A stretch of DNA of 64,000 bases, taken from NCBI GenBank assembly GCA_951406725.2, contig OX597820.1:21328001-21392000 (forward strand), read 5' to 3'. This DNA comes from Octopus vulgaris. Lineage: Eukaryota. The notes beneath the pieces were generated by a model. It was not told the DNA's origin. It saw nothing but the letters and a program-made list of their open reading frames with translations, and did not search any database. A program made the position numbers and the translations under genes. This document shows, piece after piece, positions 40,235 through 54,626 of this stretch. Each line of letters begins with the position of its first letter. The stretch's first letter is position 1.

Positions 40235-40429
40235 AAGTCCCGAAAACCTGGTGTAAATCCCCGTGGAATGTATCCCAGTGGAATGTATTCCTGTGGAATG
40301 TATCCTTGTGGAATGTTTCCAATTGGAATGTACCCATGTGGAATGTCGGTCGAGCCAAAGATTTTCTGTAGAATTGTAGTTGCTGTGGTTGTTAAGGATA
40401 TATTCATCACTTTGATCACTGATCATCAT
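40235..40429 (-). CDS. Candidate alternative twitchin exon (cassette or alternative first coding exon), 65 aa with an HSTGI-type 5-aa repeat
   Basis: tgtttttcaaag|ATGATG... open frame ...GGACTT|gtaagt, 195 nt, phase 0 to 0. The last three repeat units differ only at synonymous positions in this frame. Confidence 0.6.
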
Positions 40430-40679
40430 CTTTGAAAAACACATTTTAAAGTATTTATAGAATGTATAGAGATAAGGTATTATGTAAGCACTGAATGTCT
40501 TCCAAATGTGAGTGGGGTTAAGTTTATCATTTGTGGATATTAATTTAGGGTTTTTTTCTTTTTTAAGTGATCTTAAAATTATGATAAATATTTACTTTAC
40601 TTGAGTATCATAACAAACTAGAATTTCCAATAACTAGATTAATATCTTCATATATATTTTTTATAATTAAATGTTTATC

Positions 40680-40724
<45 letters not shown>

Positions 40725-40819
40725 CATATTATGTATATTATATATATATTACATATGTAATATATATGTATTATATATATGTATATATATATATAGATAC
40801 AGATATGTATATATGTATA

Positions 40820-40861
<42 letters not shown>

Positions 40862-41846
40862 AAGGTATATAGATATATGCATATATATATATATAAATAA
40901 ATATATATCGATTGAAACATTTATTTTTTATGTCCTATCTTATAGCATTTCTATATCTCTGAGGTTTAATATCAGAAAATAGAAATATTTCTAAACAAGA
41001 ACGATACAAGAACTTTTAAAATATTAATTAGAAGCTATGTTTTTCATACTCTTTCCTTTCTCTGCTTATTCTCTTTTCTATTAATATTACAGAGGGATTA
41101 ATAATGCTTATTACATCCCTAAATTATAGTTGAACCGAAATGCATAGCACCACAGTATGCCTCCATTGAATAAGGTGTAAAGTTATAATCCGAAAATTTG
41201 GATAACAAATAAGATTTGAATATTTTCTTCCAATTTTTTCTTATATTGTTTTTCTCTATAAACAAAAGCATTTTAAATTTATGATACATTAAGATATAAA
41301 TTCTGATATATATTTTAATCTCTTAGCTAAGGTATTATTTCGTTTGTAATGACATTTATGAATTTCACTGGTAGATTCTTCAGTGTTTTGGAGAATTTAA
41401 GAAATGCTAATAAGATTATGTATTACAGTAAACATTTCAGTTACTAATATTTTAAATGAAGATCTTCATAAAATTACGAATCATCAAAAGTAATCACACT
41501 TTTAGATTATGTTAATGAGCAGTTAGAGAAGCTTAAATTTAGTAACAATATGAAGACCTTCTTTTAAAATATTCATAGGATTATTAAATTTGTATGAGAT
41601 TTAATCATAAATAAATGCATAAATGTATTTTTTTTAAATATAATAGCTAAAATTTCTCATTAAAATAAATGTAAACTGAATTCATAAGCTAAAAATATTT
41701 TGATAATTTTCACGCATAATTTGATATTTATCTATCTATTTATATATATATAGTAGCATGAAACGATTGTACTACACTACCTTGGATATCTTTGTTGCTT
41801 ATTTTGTTTATATATATATATTTATATATATATATATATATATATG

Positions 41847-42267
41847 TTGTATAAAAGATTGTGGGTAAGGCCAAAACAATGCGAAGCAAATGCAAGAAAA
41901 CAGATATGTGATTTAATGTAGACTTATCTTGTATTCAATATTTCGGGGTCTATGAACCCATCTTCAAGAAATTGATGAATTTTGCCGATGTGCATGTATG
42001 TGAGTGTATGTGGAGTGGACATGCACAGAAGGGTGTTGCTATAGCAACCAGCTAGTTTCTTGTAACACCCTTATAGCAACACCCTTCTGTGCATTTCCAC
42101 TCCACACATGCACATTGGCAACATTCGTCAATTTCTTGAAAATGGAGTCGTAACCCCGAAATATTGAATACAAGGTAAGTCTACATTAATTCACATATCT
42201 GTTTACTTGAGATTTACCTTGCATTTATTTCGCATTATTTTGGCCTTACCCACAATCTTTTATACAA
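41847..42267. mobile_element. Foldback element (~195-bp arms) with a hammerhead-like motif in each arm, inserted in (TA)n
   Basis: 41847-42043 is the reverse complement of 42072-42267, with scattered mismatches and small indels. Confidence 0.85.
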
Positions 42268-42303
42268 TATATTCTACACAATGCTTCATAGTAATTATTC
42301 CAT

Positions 42304-42348
<45 letters not shown>

Positions 42349-44479
42349 TACATATATATATATGAGAGTTTTATTAATTTGTAATAATGTTTATAAGTTC
42401 CTGAATATTTGAAGGTTGCTTTAATTAATATAATATAATATAATATAATTTGAGTTTAATATACTTAATTTAATGAGAGCCCCTCCCACGCACAACGAAA
42501 TATATTATCCATTAGAATTATTCTGTAATTGGATGGGTACATTTACCAACACTCTGCAAATGTTTATATTTATCTAGTTTGGAATTATTCTTAAGAGAGT
42601 AAAATTAATTCTGGGACTGACGTCACCATTTATCTATAAAAAACCATAAAAAAACTTATGATAAACTACAGGGCAGTCAATTGACAATGCACATTGTTTT
42701 GTGCTCTGGTCTTGAGTCTGGACAAAAGAAATATTAAATGCTCAATTATTCATATGAAAATTTATATTTGTGATTTTTTTTTAATGTATTAAAACTCCAG
42801 CTGTAATGTTTTGATCTTTGCCCCCCCATCAGTGTTAAGGAAGTACCCTTAACAGGTCAACTTAACCAGCAGCTGAGCAAGTAAATAAAGAGAAATTACA
42901 ATTTGGTTATAAAATACTAATTTAACTGAAAACTGAGGAAAAAATCTGGTGAGCTACAGGGCAGAGATTAATTTTTTGCATGAAAAGGAATTTGCATAAT
43001 GTTTTAAAGAAATTATTTAATATTACTAAAGATTATATTCTCTACTTTCAAAATCTTGAACATGAGAAAATATGATAAAGGTACAAATAAAACAAGGAAA
43101 AAGTGTTACATCAAAAAATTCATGATTTGTTTAAGAAACTCAAAACACCATGCTCTATACGGCAAAATAAGCACAAAAATACAGATTTTCACAAAGCGAT
43201 CATGCATATGATATTTCGGTTAAAATTTAGAAAAGTAAAATGATTTAATTCTCAAGTCATTTAACATTTAATTATATTAGGCTGCAGATCATAATGTGAG
43301 AACATACATCATAATTTTCAAAAATTAAAAATATGATAGTTTCTAAATCATAATTATAATCATAATTTTCTAAATATATATAATTTCCATATTTAGAATC
43401 CTACAGTAGTGAAAAAGTAGAACTAATCTTAAATCCTATATTAAATAACTGTTTTTAATTTAAACATAAGGCCAGCAATTTTAAGGGGAGGAATTTAGTA
43501 AAATCAATCAACCCCAGTGCTTGACTCCTACTTTATTTTTTTGACCCTGAAAGGATGAAAGGCAAAGTTGAATTTAGCAAGATTTGAATTCAAAATGTAA
43601 AGAGTCAGAGGAAATATTGTAAAGCAATTTTTCTGACACTCAATTCAGCTTAATGCCTTTAAAAAAATTTATTAAATAATGCTTAATTTATGAATAAGCC
43701 AAATAAGTTACATAAAGATAAATAATTCTAGGCTTAAAACACAGTTCTTACTCTTTGTTATTAAAGCTATTTCATTAACTATGCAAAATGTACACATTTG
43801 GTTTTCCCGATGTCAATTAATTTTAATATATAGTTTGTAAAATTAATTAATATCACATTTAACTAATTTCAGTTAATTATTCAGTCATTATTTTTCTGCT
43901 TTTACCCCAATATAAATCAAAAGAAAAAAACAAGTGTGTTAGCTGTATTAACTATTAGGAAGAAATTTAAATAATATTTTAACATGAAATGAAGTTTCAG
44001 AAAATACCTATCAAGGACATTATTTGAGTTAACATTGACGAGCTACAATCTAATATAGTTTTGTCTGCCTTTCTGTTCCTAGTATATCTAACCATATCAT
44101 GTAGAAGATTAGGATAAAGAATTTCTCATGCTATAAAAGGCAATATGAAAAAGGTTCGCTCAGAGAATCAGCTTACCAAAGTTTCCCTGATTTGTCTTTT
44201 ATATATAAAAATATATGAAGTAAGGCAAAATCAGTACCAGTTAAAGGAGTACTTTCCATTAATGTATTATACATATCAGTTGCAAACAGCTATGAAACAT
44301 GCTCAGACCAACCCACACTCCAGGTAAAGGGCTATGTATAGAGTTATTTTGGGTTACCATTTAAATATATTTAAATATAAATGTTTAGCTATTTTATCTG
44401 CCTAGAAAGTTTAAAATTAGAAAATTACAGACCGTCCAAACAACTTCAGGAGCTGTATAAACATATACCAAACACATTA

Positions 44480-44546
44480 TACACATATATATGCATATAC
44501 ACACACACATATATATGCATACACACACACACACACACACACACAT

Positions 44547-44638
<92 letters not shown>

Positions 44639-44895
44639 GTATGTATATATATATATATGTGTGTGCATGTGTATGTATGTATATATATATATATATATAT
44701 ATATGCACATATATATATATATATATGTATGTATATATGTATGTATGTATGTAAATGTTGAATGATGAAAATGAATGTTTTTATATATATATATGCAGAT
44801 ATATATATAAATATATATACACACACACACATATATATATATATATAAATATATATATACATAGATATATATATATATACATATACATACACACC
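44480..44895. repeat. Compound (CA)/(TA)/(TATG) microsatellite
   Basis: Direct inspection. Other tracts include (TG)n ~6637-6700, ~19060-19385, (AAT)n ~24332-24395, (CA)n ~36073-36129 and ~40685-40908. Confidence 0.97.
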
Positions 44896-45547
44896 CACTT
44901 ATCATTGATAGTTTGCCCATCAACTATGATGATGGTCTAAGCAGATTTGAGATCATCATACGTATTTTTCTGGTGAAAATAATGTGTGCACACATCAATC
45001 TACCTTCTCATTCCTACGTACTATATCCAGTGTCACAAGATGAATTCAAGACACCTCAGCTTGTGTGAGAATGCAGGAGGCTTCCAAAATGGTTAAATGA
45101 CTCTTCACATTTTACTGGTGTGAGGTGTCAAAATTATAAATCATCATTTCAGATTTTGGCTCTGTATCATGTCTTAACTTATCCTGATAGTATGTGAACA
45201 CCAGCACTATTAGTTCAATGTCCATGGCCTGCTGCCACCAATTTTATAGTTGGGGACTTGAAGTTTACTACTTTCTTCTTTGTTTCGTTTGAATGAATGA
45301 ACACATCACAGGCTTCTGATCTTACGCATAGACACATTTAAAGTGCATATGTATAGCATAGGTGCAGGAGTGGCTGTGTGGCAGATAGGTTGCTTACCAA
45401 CCACATGGTTCTGGGTTCAGTTCCACTGTGTGGCACCTTGGGCAAGTGTCTTCTACTATAGCCTCAGACTGACCAAAGCCTTGTGAGTGGATTTGGTAAA
45501 CAGAAACTGAAAGAAGCCTGTTGTATAGGTATGTATGTATGTATGTG

Positions 45548-45579
<32 letters not shown>

Positions 45580-48441
45580 CATACATGCATATATATATAT
45601 ATAGAGAGAGAGAGATATATATATTTTACTTGTTTTATTCAGTACTCATGACTAAAATATGTCATATCATATTATCATAATAAATGAAGCATTGATGTTA
45701 ATTAAATATTGCTTTCATATGTTAACATGTAGGAGAAAACTAGCTCAGTATTATATTTTCAAAATAGTACTTTTATTGTTACTTATTTATTTTTTGATTT
45801 AAAAATTATTCTTTTATTCTTTCATTCATTTCAGCCAACTGGCTATTGTCATGCTGTAGCACTATCGGGGTCATCTTGATCAATGACACGGTTTTGCTCG
45901 TAACTTATAAAATCATGACTCTTTGCTTTCTTTTCTGTGTATCTGCTTTCAATTCCCCAAATCAGTTTTATTCTCAGATAGTCTTTGTATGTTATTTACA
46001 ACCTACATACATAACAGAAACAGTATTTACCCCAGAGGTCAACTGCCACGATCAGTCCCTTGATGGTTACACCTCTCACTTCTTAAAGAAATACATGGCT
46101 GTTGTGAATATGTCCTCCTTACAAGGTTGGGTACTCCAAACACACCCACCTAGTAGTACCTTTGAATAACTAAAAGTCGAGTGGCGACCCTTTAATCCTG
46201 GCACAGATACTGTCTCTAATGCCAGTAGCATGACAAAATTCACCCGGCCTTCACTGTCAGGTAGTTGTTGATAGGAAGGGCATTTATCTGTAAGAAATAC
46301 TGCCAAAATAAAAAGGAGCAAATGATGGAAGTGCATAGCATACTCTTTAAATTCCACCACAGACAACATGTCTCCTACTGGCTGTGTGATATGATACACC
46401 AGCCACACTGTGAGGTGTGAAGCTGAGAGGATGTGAATCCAGCTAAAAAAATTGTCTCAAATAAGCAAAATCAGAAAAAATGAAAGGAATGAACAGTCTA
46501 GAGAGGATTCTTTTGATTCACTTCAGACAACCTCACTAATTCTGGTGGCATGATATAATGCACCTAGTCCACACCGTAAAGTGATTGATGATATGAAGGA
46601 CATCCAGCCATCAAAAACATTCCAAAAATAACTGCATTCATGACTTCAGAGATGACCCCGTTTTCTCTGTTGCAGCATGTAACTAGATGATGAGAGAATG
46701 CACCAAGGGGAAAAATACTGTTGTGATCCATCCAAAACCATGCTAGCATGGATTGATGTGTACAAAGTGATGATCATGTAAGAATGCATTATATATAAAC
46801 TTACTATAACAGAAGCATGTACATGTATATGTAATCCAAAAATACTTTGCTATTTTATTCTAATTAGTAATGATAAAAGTTTGTTAAGTTAAGAGAAGCA
46901 GTGTATATAACTAATAAGTCATAAAACATATTGTTTTATATCGTTTGTTGGAGGAATTTCGGCTTTTTCATTTAATAAATTTCGTATTTATTTTTGACAG
47001 AAACATTTAAGTGATACGACTATTATTTCAGTTTCCATAGATTTTCGTTATATTTTAAAATTATAGATATAAACTATTTGTTTAATACCTATGTAAGTGT
47101 TCCTAGTTATATTATTTAAAGAACGATATCATATAATGAATATATATCGTTCCACATATTTGTTTTGTTTATCTTGCCCTTTATCAATTCACAATCTAAA
47201 TTAGAAAAGAATTAATACTGTTAGTACAATTAATTTCTCGTCACATTTTGATTCAATACTGCAAAACTGCAAAAAGAATCAAATGAATATTAAGTAAAAT
47301 AGAAATAGTTCAGTAGATTATTACGTATATCCTGTATTTCTCTAGCAGCTCATTAGCATTAGGGATATACATAAAACACTGAGAAAGATGCTCCTTGAGA
47401 AAATTAGATCAGGGTTTTAGTGTGTAGACATTTTCAAGTATAGAATTTTTTTTTTAAAGATATACAATTAAGATCAGCAAAAACAGTATATCAAAAACCA
47501 ATGGTTTGTAAAACTTCTGAACACAGTTTTTAAGGGAATGATCAGAAGAGGCAGTAGGGGTAAAAACTTAGCATGAAGTCTATACCTTCCCTCGGTCAGT
47601 ATTTTGGACTTCCTCCTCGAAAACCTGGAAAAAGTGAAAAACGAACAATAGCATGCCAGTATCAATGTTCTGGCCTATACATTGTTGCTGGGTCCTCAAA
47701 ATCAAATGCAATATGTCCCATACACTTAAACCTTATTCCCCCTTTCATAAAAATAATGTCAATATGAACTCTTTTGATAACATTATTTTGATATATACTA
47801 AAAATAAAATTTAACTCCTGTTCATTTAAAATTATAAGGCTGTAATTTTTATTCTATTTATGAGAATATCTGAATATATCTATATTTGTTTCTACTTTAG
47901 AAGATAATTTTTTTACATTGCATGCTATAGTGGTTCATACAGAGCTCAGTTACAGAAGGCTGACAGACAAATATCCTAAATAAAGTTACTATTCAATTAT
48001 AGTTGACCAATGAAATTCTAGATTTTTCATTTAATCTTAAGTAATGTTACAATATCTTAAACCTAAAAATTAATTAAACTAGTCTCCTTGTCTGCAAATA
48101 ATTTCATTAATCAACGTATAAAAATATATAGAAAAAACTATCTTACTAAACAAATATATCAGTTATAGAAATATAGTAGGATGAAAAATTCCAGTCACTT
48201 AAGATTATTTAATACAGTCAGTAGACAAAATCTCCCTCCAGGAGTGTTTAAAGTCTAAAAACAACAAACAAGAGAAATAACCCCAACAAAATCAAATAAG
48301 TGAAATTTGTAGAAAATATAGAAGATGCCTATGGAAGTAGATCATATCTTTAAAGTCAACTGGTGAAAACAATGGACATGTTTCAGTTTTATTAGATCTC
48401 CATATTCTATGCTGTTGACAAGACTAACACTCATCACAATA

Positions 48442-48490
<49 letters not shown>

Positions 48491-51400
48491 GATGTATAAA
48501 CATCAAAAAAATATATCTATGATAATTTAGTACTCAACTCACAATGCAGCATTAAAATCGCTATATATTATTACAATGCTGTAATTCCTTGGTTGAACAA
48601 ATTTGCATGTATATACAAAATTGGACTGAATAATTGCTGAGACCAGCATATTTAGAATTAAAAGTGAAAAGCATAAATTTCACACAAAGCTCATAATTAA
48701 ATTATGAACTATATGTAAAATTTATGCTTTACTACTTATCACATACACACACACATACAGAAGGTGGGTGAGTAATTAGATGTATCTGCTTCACTGAGGA
48801 TACCTAATGAGACTTAACAGGCTTTTTTCTTTCACCTTTTAGGTTTATTAAAAACAAGATGCATTCACACCTGCATTGTCTATATTTTTTTAAATATTAG
48901 TTAGTTGGTTTTATTGAAGTTAACTCCCTTGTTTGTTGATTTTTAGATTTGTAAACACCACTAGGGGAAGTTTTTGCATATTCTTTTCTACTCTAGGCAC
49001 AAGACCCAACATTTTGGGGGGAGGGGACCAGTCGATTAGCTCGACCCCAGTATGCAACTGGTACTTAATTTATCGACCCCAAAAGGATGAAAAACAAAGT
49101 TGACCTTGACGGAATTTGAACTCAGAACATAAAGACAGACAAAACACCACTAAGCATTTTACCTGGCGTGCTAACGTTTCTGCCAGCTCGCCGTCTTCGA
49201 AGTTTTTGTATACTGACTGCAGGAATATTCTTAGTTAATCAAAGTTTTCATCTCACTATATTATCTATGTTAATCCCTATTACATTTATACTTTGTATAC
49301 AAAATTTTCCCTGAGGTACTTCCCCTTAACCAGATATTAGTCTATGAACTAATGTTTTAAAACATACTTCTGTTTAAAAAGGAAGGGAATTAATACAAAT
49401 GATTAAATACAGTCAAATGCTTCAACTGATCATGAAAGTCGTAAATATTTATATTTCAATATTTTTCAGAATTCCCCAAGTTTTAATATCTCAGACATAA
49501 CATAGACTCTATCATAATATTCAGAAATGTTATTTCATTTTGAGAATGTAACTTTTGAATGCTCAGTTGAAAAGAATAATAGTAATGAGTTTATTGTCTG
49601 CAGAGCTCAGGTGCACTACAACTTGTATGTAGAGTTGTAGCTGATTATGCAAGGGTTGCACTCTACAATGGGTTTCAAGTTTACTGTTTAAAAGCAAGTT
49701 ACAGTGTTGAGTAGACTGTAATTTTGTTTTCCTTTTGCAGTGAGTATAATTCTTAATTGCTTAGGTATTCAACTGCTATTCACAAATCAGTGGGATTCCA
49801 AACAGTAAAATATGTTTCTATAGCAAAACCATTTCATCTATCTTTGCAAAACCAACATTTTAAACCATCTTAAAAACAATTAGTTTTTAATTCTTCTCAC
49901 AAACTTAAAAACTGATATTAAGCACTAATTATATTTAAACTTTTAATGGAGACTTTTAATGTTATAAATGTCTGATTTATTTAGTCTAATTCTATATTTT
50001 TCTATTTTTCTTTTATTTTCAATAAAATATTTATTTAGCATTCACTTAGCTGTGATCTTAATGCATTGACAATATGATTGAGCTCATTAATAAAAAAAAA
50101 AATAATAATAATTGATCTATGTCACTTGAATTAGACACTATAATTACTTTGTGTAATTAATTAAATTTCCAACAAGCTTATGTATATATAGGATTTATTT
50201 ATTCAAGATCAATTGTGTTTTTATTTTTTATGGATAGCGCCTAACATACAATCTAATTTGACACTGATACTTGGCTCCTAAATGCCTTAACTGAAGTTTG
50301 TTCTTGTATGTATTTAAGGATAATACTGTTTCTAAACTCATGGCTTCCAGTTACATTTCTTACTGGGTAATGCCACTGATTGTTAGAAAATATCAGTGGA
50401 AAAAGTTCTCAAGTCCTGCTGTTGGAGTTCAGGAAGTACAAGGGCCCAAAATCCTCAGTAATAATCCAGTAAGCTGCCCTACTATCTGGTGTTAACCCTG
50501 TATCTTGTTATCTCACTTTGTGACTTCCAACAATATTTTGAGGCACTCACATGGTCTATTTAATTGCATCTGGATTATCACAGGAACTAACAATTTTTAG
50601 TAATAATCCTTGAAACTAGTTATCATTTTCATCTTTTCTACCAAACAATCTTTTAAACTTAGAATTATTTTAAAGTTTAAAAATAACAATAGATTATATC
50701 ACGGACTACAGTTTAATCCCTCATAACTTTCTAATCCCTTCTAAATGTAAATTACAATTCTTGAAATAAAGTCTCGTCCTCTGCCTCTAACCCCTTTATG
50801 CTGCCAAGTTTGCTTTATCTATTTCAAGCCTTTTCAAAAAAGTGGGTTCTTTGCTTGTGTGGAATCTATTCTTTGTAACGCTCATCCCACTCACAAAATC
50901 TAAATTCATTTATTCTGGCTAAAAGTCACTTTTACCTATTCCTATAAGTTCATCTCTCCTTCTAACTGAATAGAACTCTTCAAATTCTATGCTGTCTATC
51001 CTTAACTAAAAAAAATGTGCTCTCCCCTGATTCTTCTGGGACTGCTAATCATGTGATTGATACTATACTCATAAATATACCCCGACTGAGACATTTAACA
51101 CTCACATTCCCAAAGAAAAGGAAAATATGCATCTATGCTTTGCACAGCATGCAAGCTCTCTTGCCCCCTAAATTGCAACCCTGTGGTGCTTGTCAAAGGA
51201 ATCCCTGATAAATTTTCCAAACCCTCCTATTCCTGATAATGTCTCCAAACCTCCTATTCCTGATAATGTTTCCAAACTCTCCTATCCGCCAAGCCATACA
51301 AACAGCAGACTAGTTATTTACATTTCTGATGATGAGTAGTTGCTGGGAAAGCCTGTAAGAAGCAACCTACCTCATTTTGTTCTGAATTCCCTTTTGCACA

Positions 51401-54400
51401 CAGAAACACACAAAAAAAATGTTCTCACATTTTCATTTCCTAATTTCTCTCATACATCATAAAGTGTTCAACTTCACTCACCCTAGCAAGATGTCTTCAT
51501 ACTTACTCCTTAAAATAATTTTGGCCCTAAAAACATCCTCCAGTTGGGACAAAATAACCTAGTAAACTTCAACAGTATCAAGATACAATTACTAACATAG
51601 TAAAGAAACAGTATTGCACTTGTACTTCACCCTTTCTACATATTGAACAACACAGAACTAAAGCTGTCAAAGCCACTGCAATTGCTAAGCTTCAGAATCT
51701 TTGCTAAGGATCATATGGCAATCTCACATATTGACAAAAACACTAGACCTTTGCTTAAGCTTCCGAATTAATCTTAATTGAGATTTATAACTAAAGTACG
51801 AATTATTTAGTATTGCTTGCATATTTGGGATGGTGCTGTTCCTACACAAACATGCTAGACTGCATGGCTCCACTACAAAAATATCATTCAAGTGATTGAC
51901 AACTTACTTCCCTCTCTCTGCCTCTGATCATTACCAAAATGGCTACTGATCCACTGAACTAGGAAACTGTATGCTATCTCTAGTCAAGACCATCTGACAT
52001 AACTGCATGTTCTTATTTATAATTTCTGCTGTGTTTCACCTAACTGTTTCTTGCAGTACAATCCTTCTTCACCCCCTACTGGTTTCAGCAGGAATTCTCT
52101 TCTTGACTACATTTTTTTACAGATATTAATTCAAGCTAAAAAACCAATCTGGGAGAGCCTCAAAGATCATGGACACCACCTCTTTTCTTCTGAGTAAATA
52201 TTATAAAAAAAGTTACTTTGATAAAGTGTTTGGAAAAGTTAAGCTTAATCACATTTAAGCTTTTTTATACTAAATAAGGTATTGAAATTTCAGCTTTTGA
52301 ATTGTAAGTAATTTTCTCATCATTGGTGATGTACTTTTGCAAAAGGCACTAAGTTTATTTGGTAATAAGCCAGAAAGATCAAAGACAGAAAGATAGCAAC
52401 ACAGAAAGAAATATGGTGATAAAAGCAGAAAAATGGTGAGAAAGCATGGGTTGAAATGAGAGACTGAATGACTGCATAATGGTCTGCCCAGGTGTCTTAA
52501 AACTAAAGTAAGCACAAGAACTTGCATCAGCTGAATTTAATCCAGTTATAAAAAACATAGAGTGAAGTATGTTTATGTCAAAAAGGCTGGAAACTGAATG
52601 AAAATTTTATATTTTGAGTGGAAAATGACTGAGAACTGATGAATATTTTCTTGTTTCTTTGATTGAATCCTATTAAAATAGTTTGAACACCTTCAACAAA
52701 TTAATTCAAATTCAGTCACAAACCATTGGTTAGCCCAGGGTTATAGTAGAAGATACTTGACCTAGGGGTTGCATAGTTAGATTGAACCTGGAATTATGTG
52801 ATTCCAAAGCAAACTTCTTAACCACATGGCTATATCTACTTCATTCCTTCATTTCTTAAAAGTGTTACTGTTTTATGTTTCAGAAATGAAACGTAGTAAT
52901 TTTATCTTCTTCAAAGCTCTTCAACGATCAACTGAATATGCTGATTTTACTTGCATGAATGAGATAAGCCAGATGCAAATGGACTGATATATGCAGGAGA
53001 GATGACAGCACTGGTATAGATACGTGATGGCAATAATTGATAAACACAGAAGGAGATAATGTCATGTTATGACAGTGGAAAATGCTTGTAGAAAGATGAC
53101 AAAGAAGCTATGGGAAAATATGGTGCGTTCAGATCTCAAATTATTGTATTTCATATATGAGATGTCATTGGCAGAGATGTGTGGCAATAGGCCTTTCTCA
53201 AGGGGTACCTAAAAATTGCTTCATTAACATGAATACATAAATATGATTCCCAGTTAATTAGTTCATTTTACTACTTTACTTGGTTAGGATAGAGATTTGT
53301 AAGTACAACAAATGTGTGCACAGAAGAAATGAAATTTCAAGTATGTCAAGAGTTGAATCCAATATACGGGATCATAAAAAGCCATACACATTGTAGAAGG
53401 TTGTAGAAAAGTTCTGTTATTTAGGTACATCTGAAATTGTACAGTAATGAGATCAGAAGGAAACAGAAAAAGACTTAGATGTGCTACGTTATTTTGTAGA
53501 TTCCGTAGACTCAATTTATGCCTTCTTAAATAATTTGATATTAATACATTGGTAATGATGAAATTATAACAGTAAGAAGAAAAAGAGATGAAGGAAAAGA
53601 AAAAGACGATCCAACTACTTTGGTTCTTTCAGATGGTTTTATAAACTTTGCCTTTTTGCTAAAATTACATTGTAGACTGCATAAATACCAGTTGTGCTAT
53701 GTGGCGGGTATTAGTTTTTCTTTCATTAATATTACATTTAGCTTGAATTATTTCTTTTGCTACCAGTTTCTTTCTTGTGTTTTAATATTCTGAAAGAGTT
53801 TCTATTGCTTTAATTTTTTCTTATCAAGATTTGTCTTGCTATTTATTGTTCACTGGAAACGACTGTCTAATAAAAGATATTGCAAGTATTTTCATGTCCT
53901 AAACCAGGACTGCCATGTTATGTTGGCAAACAATCTTTACTCCAAAGTGCTGTTGCTAAATATCTCGATATCTCTTGTTGTGAGATTTAAAAATAGTAAT
54001 TTTCTATTTTCATGTCATTGACTTTTTGTGGTTCTTTTTTCAAGATTATTAAATCCCACTAAAGTATTGATACTTTTAGTTAACTTTTCCATAAATTTAA
54101 AATGACAATTAAAACATCCTTAATCTCTTGCAAAAGGATGTTTTATAAACTTTAAAATTAGTGATTAGTTTTATTCAGTTTCACTTCATAGTATACTATT
54201 ATTTATATTTATGTAACTGTTAAGGGGTAAATCCAAATATAAATGTGTACATCGATTTCTGACATCCTCTAAGCTAAGCGATTTACAGCAGAAGATCAAT
54301 GAAATTATGTTATGTCTTTCCTCAGGAGTAACACAGATATAAGTGAAATAAAATTAACATATATCACTCAAAACTACATCAAGAACCCTGCCTGCAGGAA

Positions 54401-54572
54401 ATATACCTACTCTAATTCACTAATTTAATAAAGTAATCTTTAAAGAGTGAGCCATGAAGGATATCTCTCAATTTTATTTAATCATTTGAAATTAGAATTA
54501 TTTTATGGATGATTATTTACATGTTTAGTTAACTCACTAAGATTTGAATAAAACAGTGAATATTATATGTAA

Positions 54573-54626
<54 letters not shown>

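Noticed and set aside
40231-40419. Alternative frame encoding GYIP-type repeats (DIPHGYIPIGNIPQGYIP...)
   Set aside because: Repeat differences are non-synonymous in this frame, it has two stops just after the acceptor, and it ends in phase 2, incompatible with the next twitchin exon.
50300-52200. Possible ancient LINE relic with a 27-bp tandem duplication at ~51220-51290
   Set aside because: Composition is suggestive, but I could not recover convincing protein motifs by eye.
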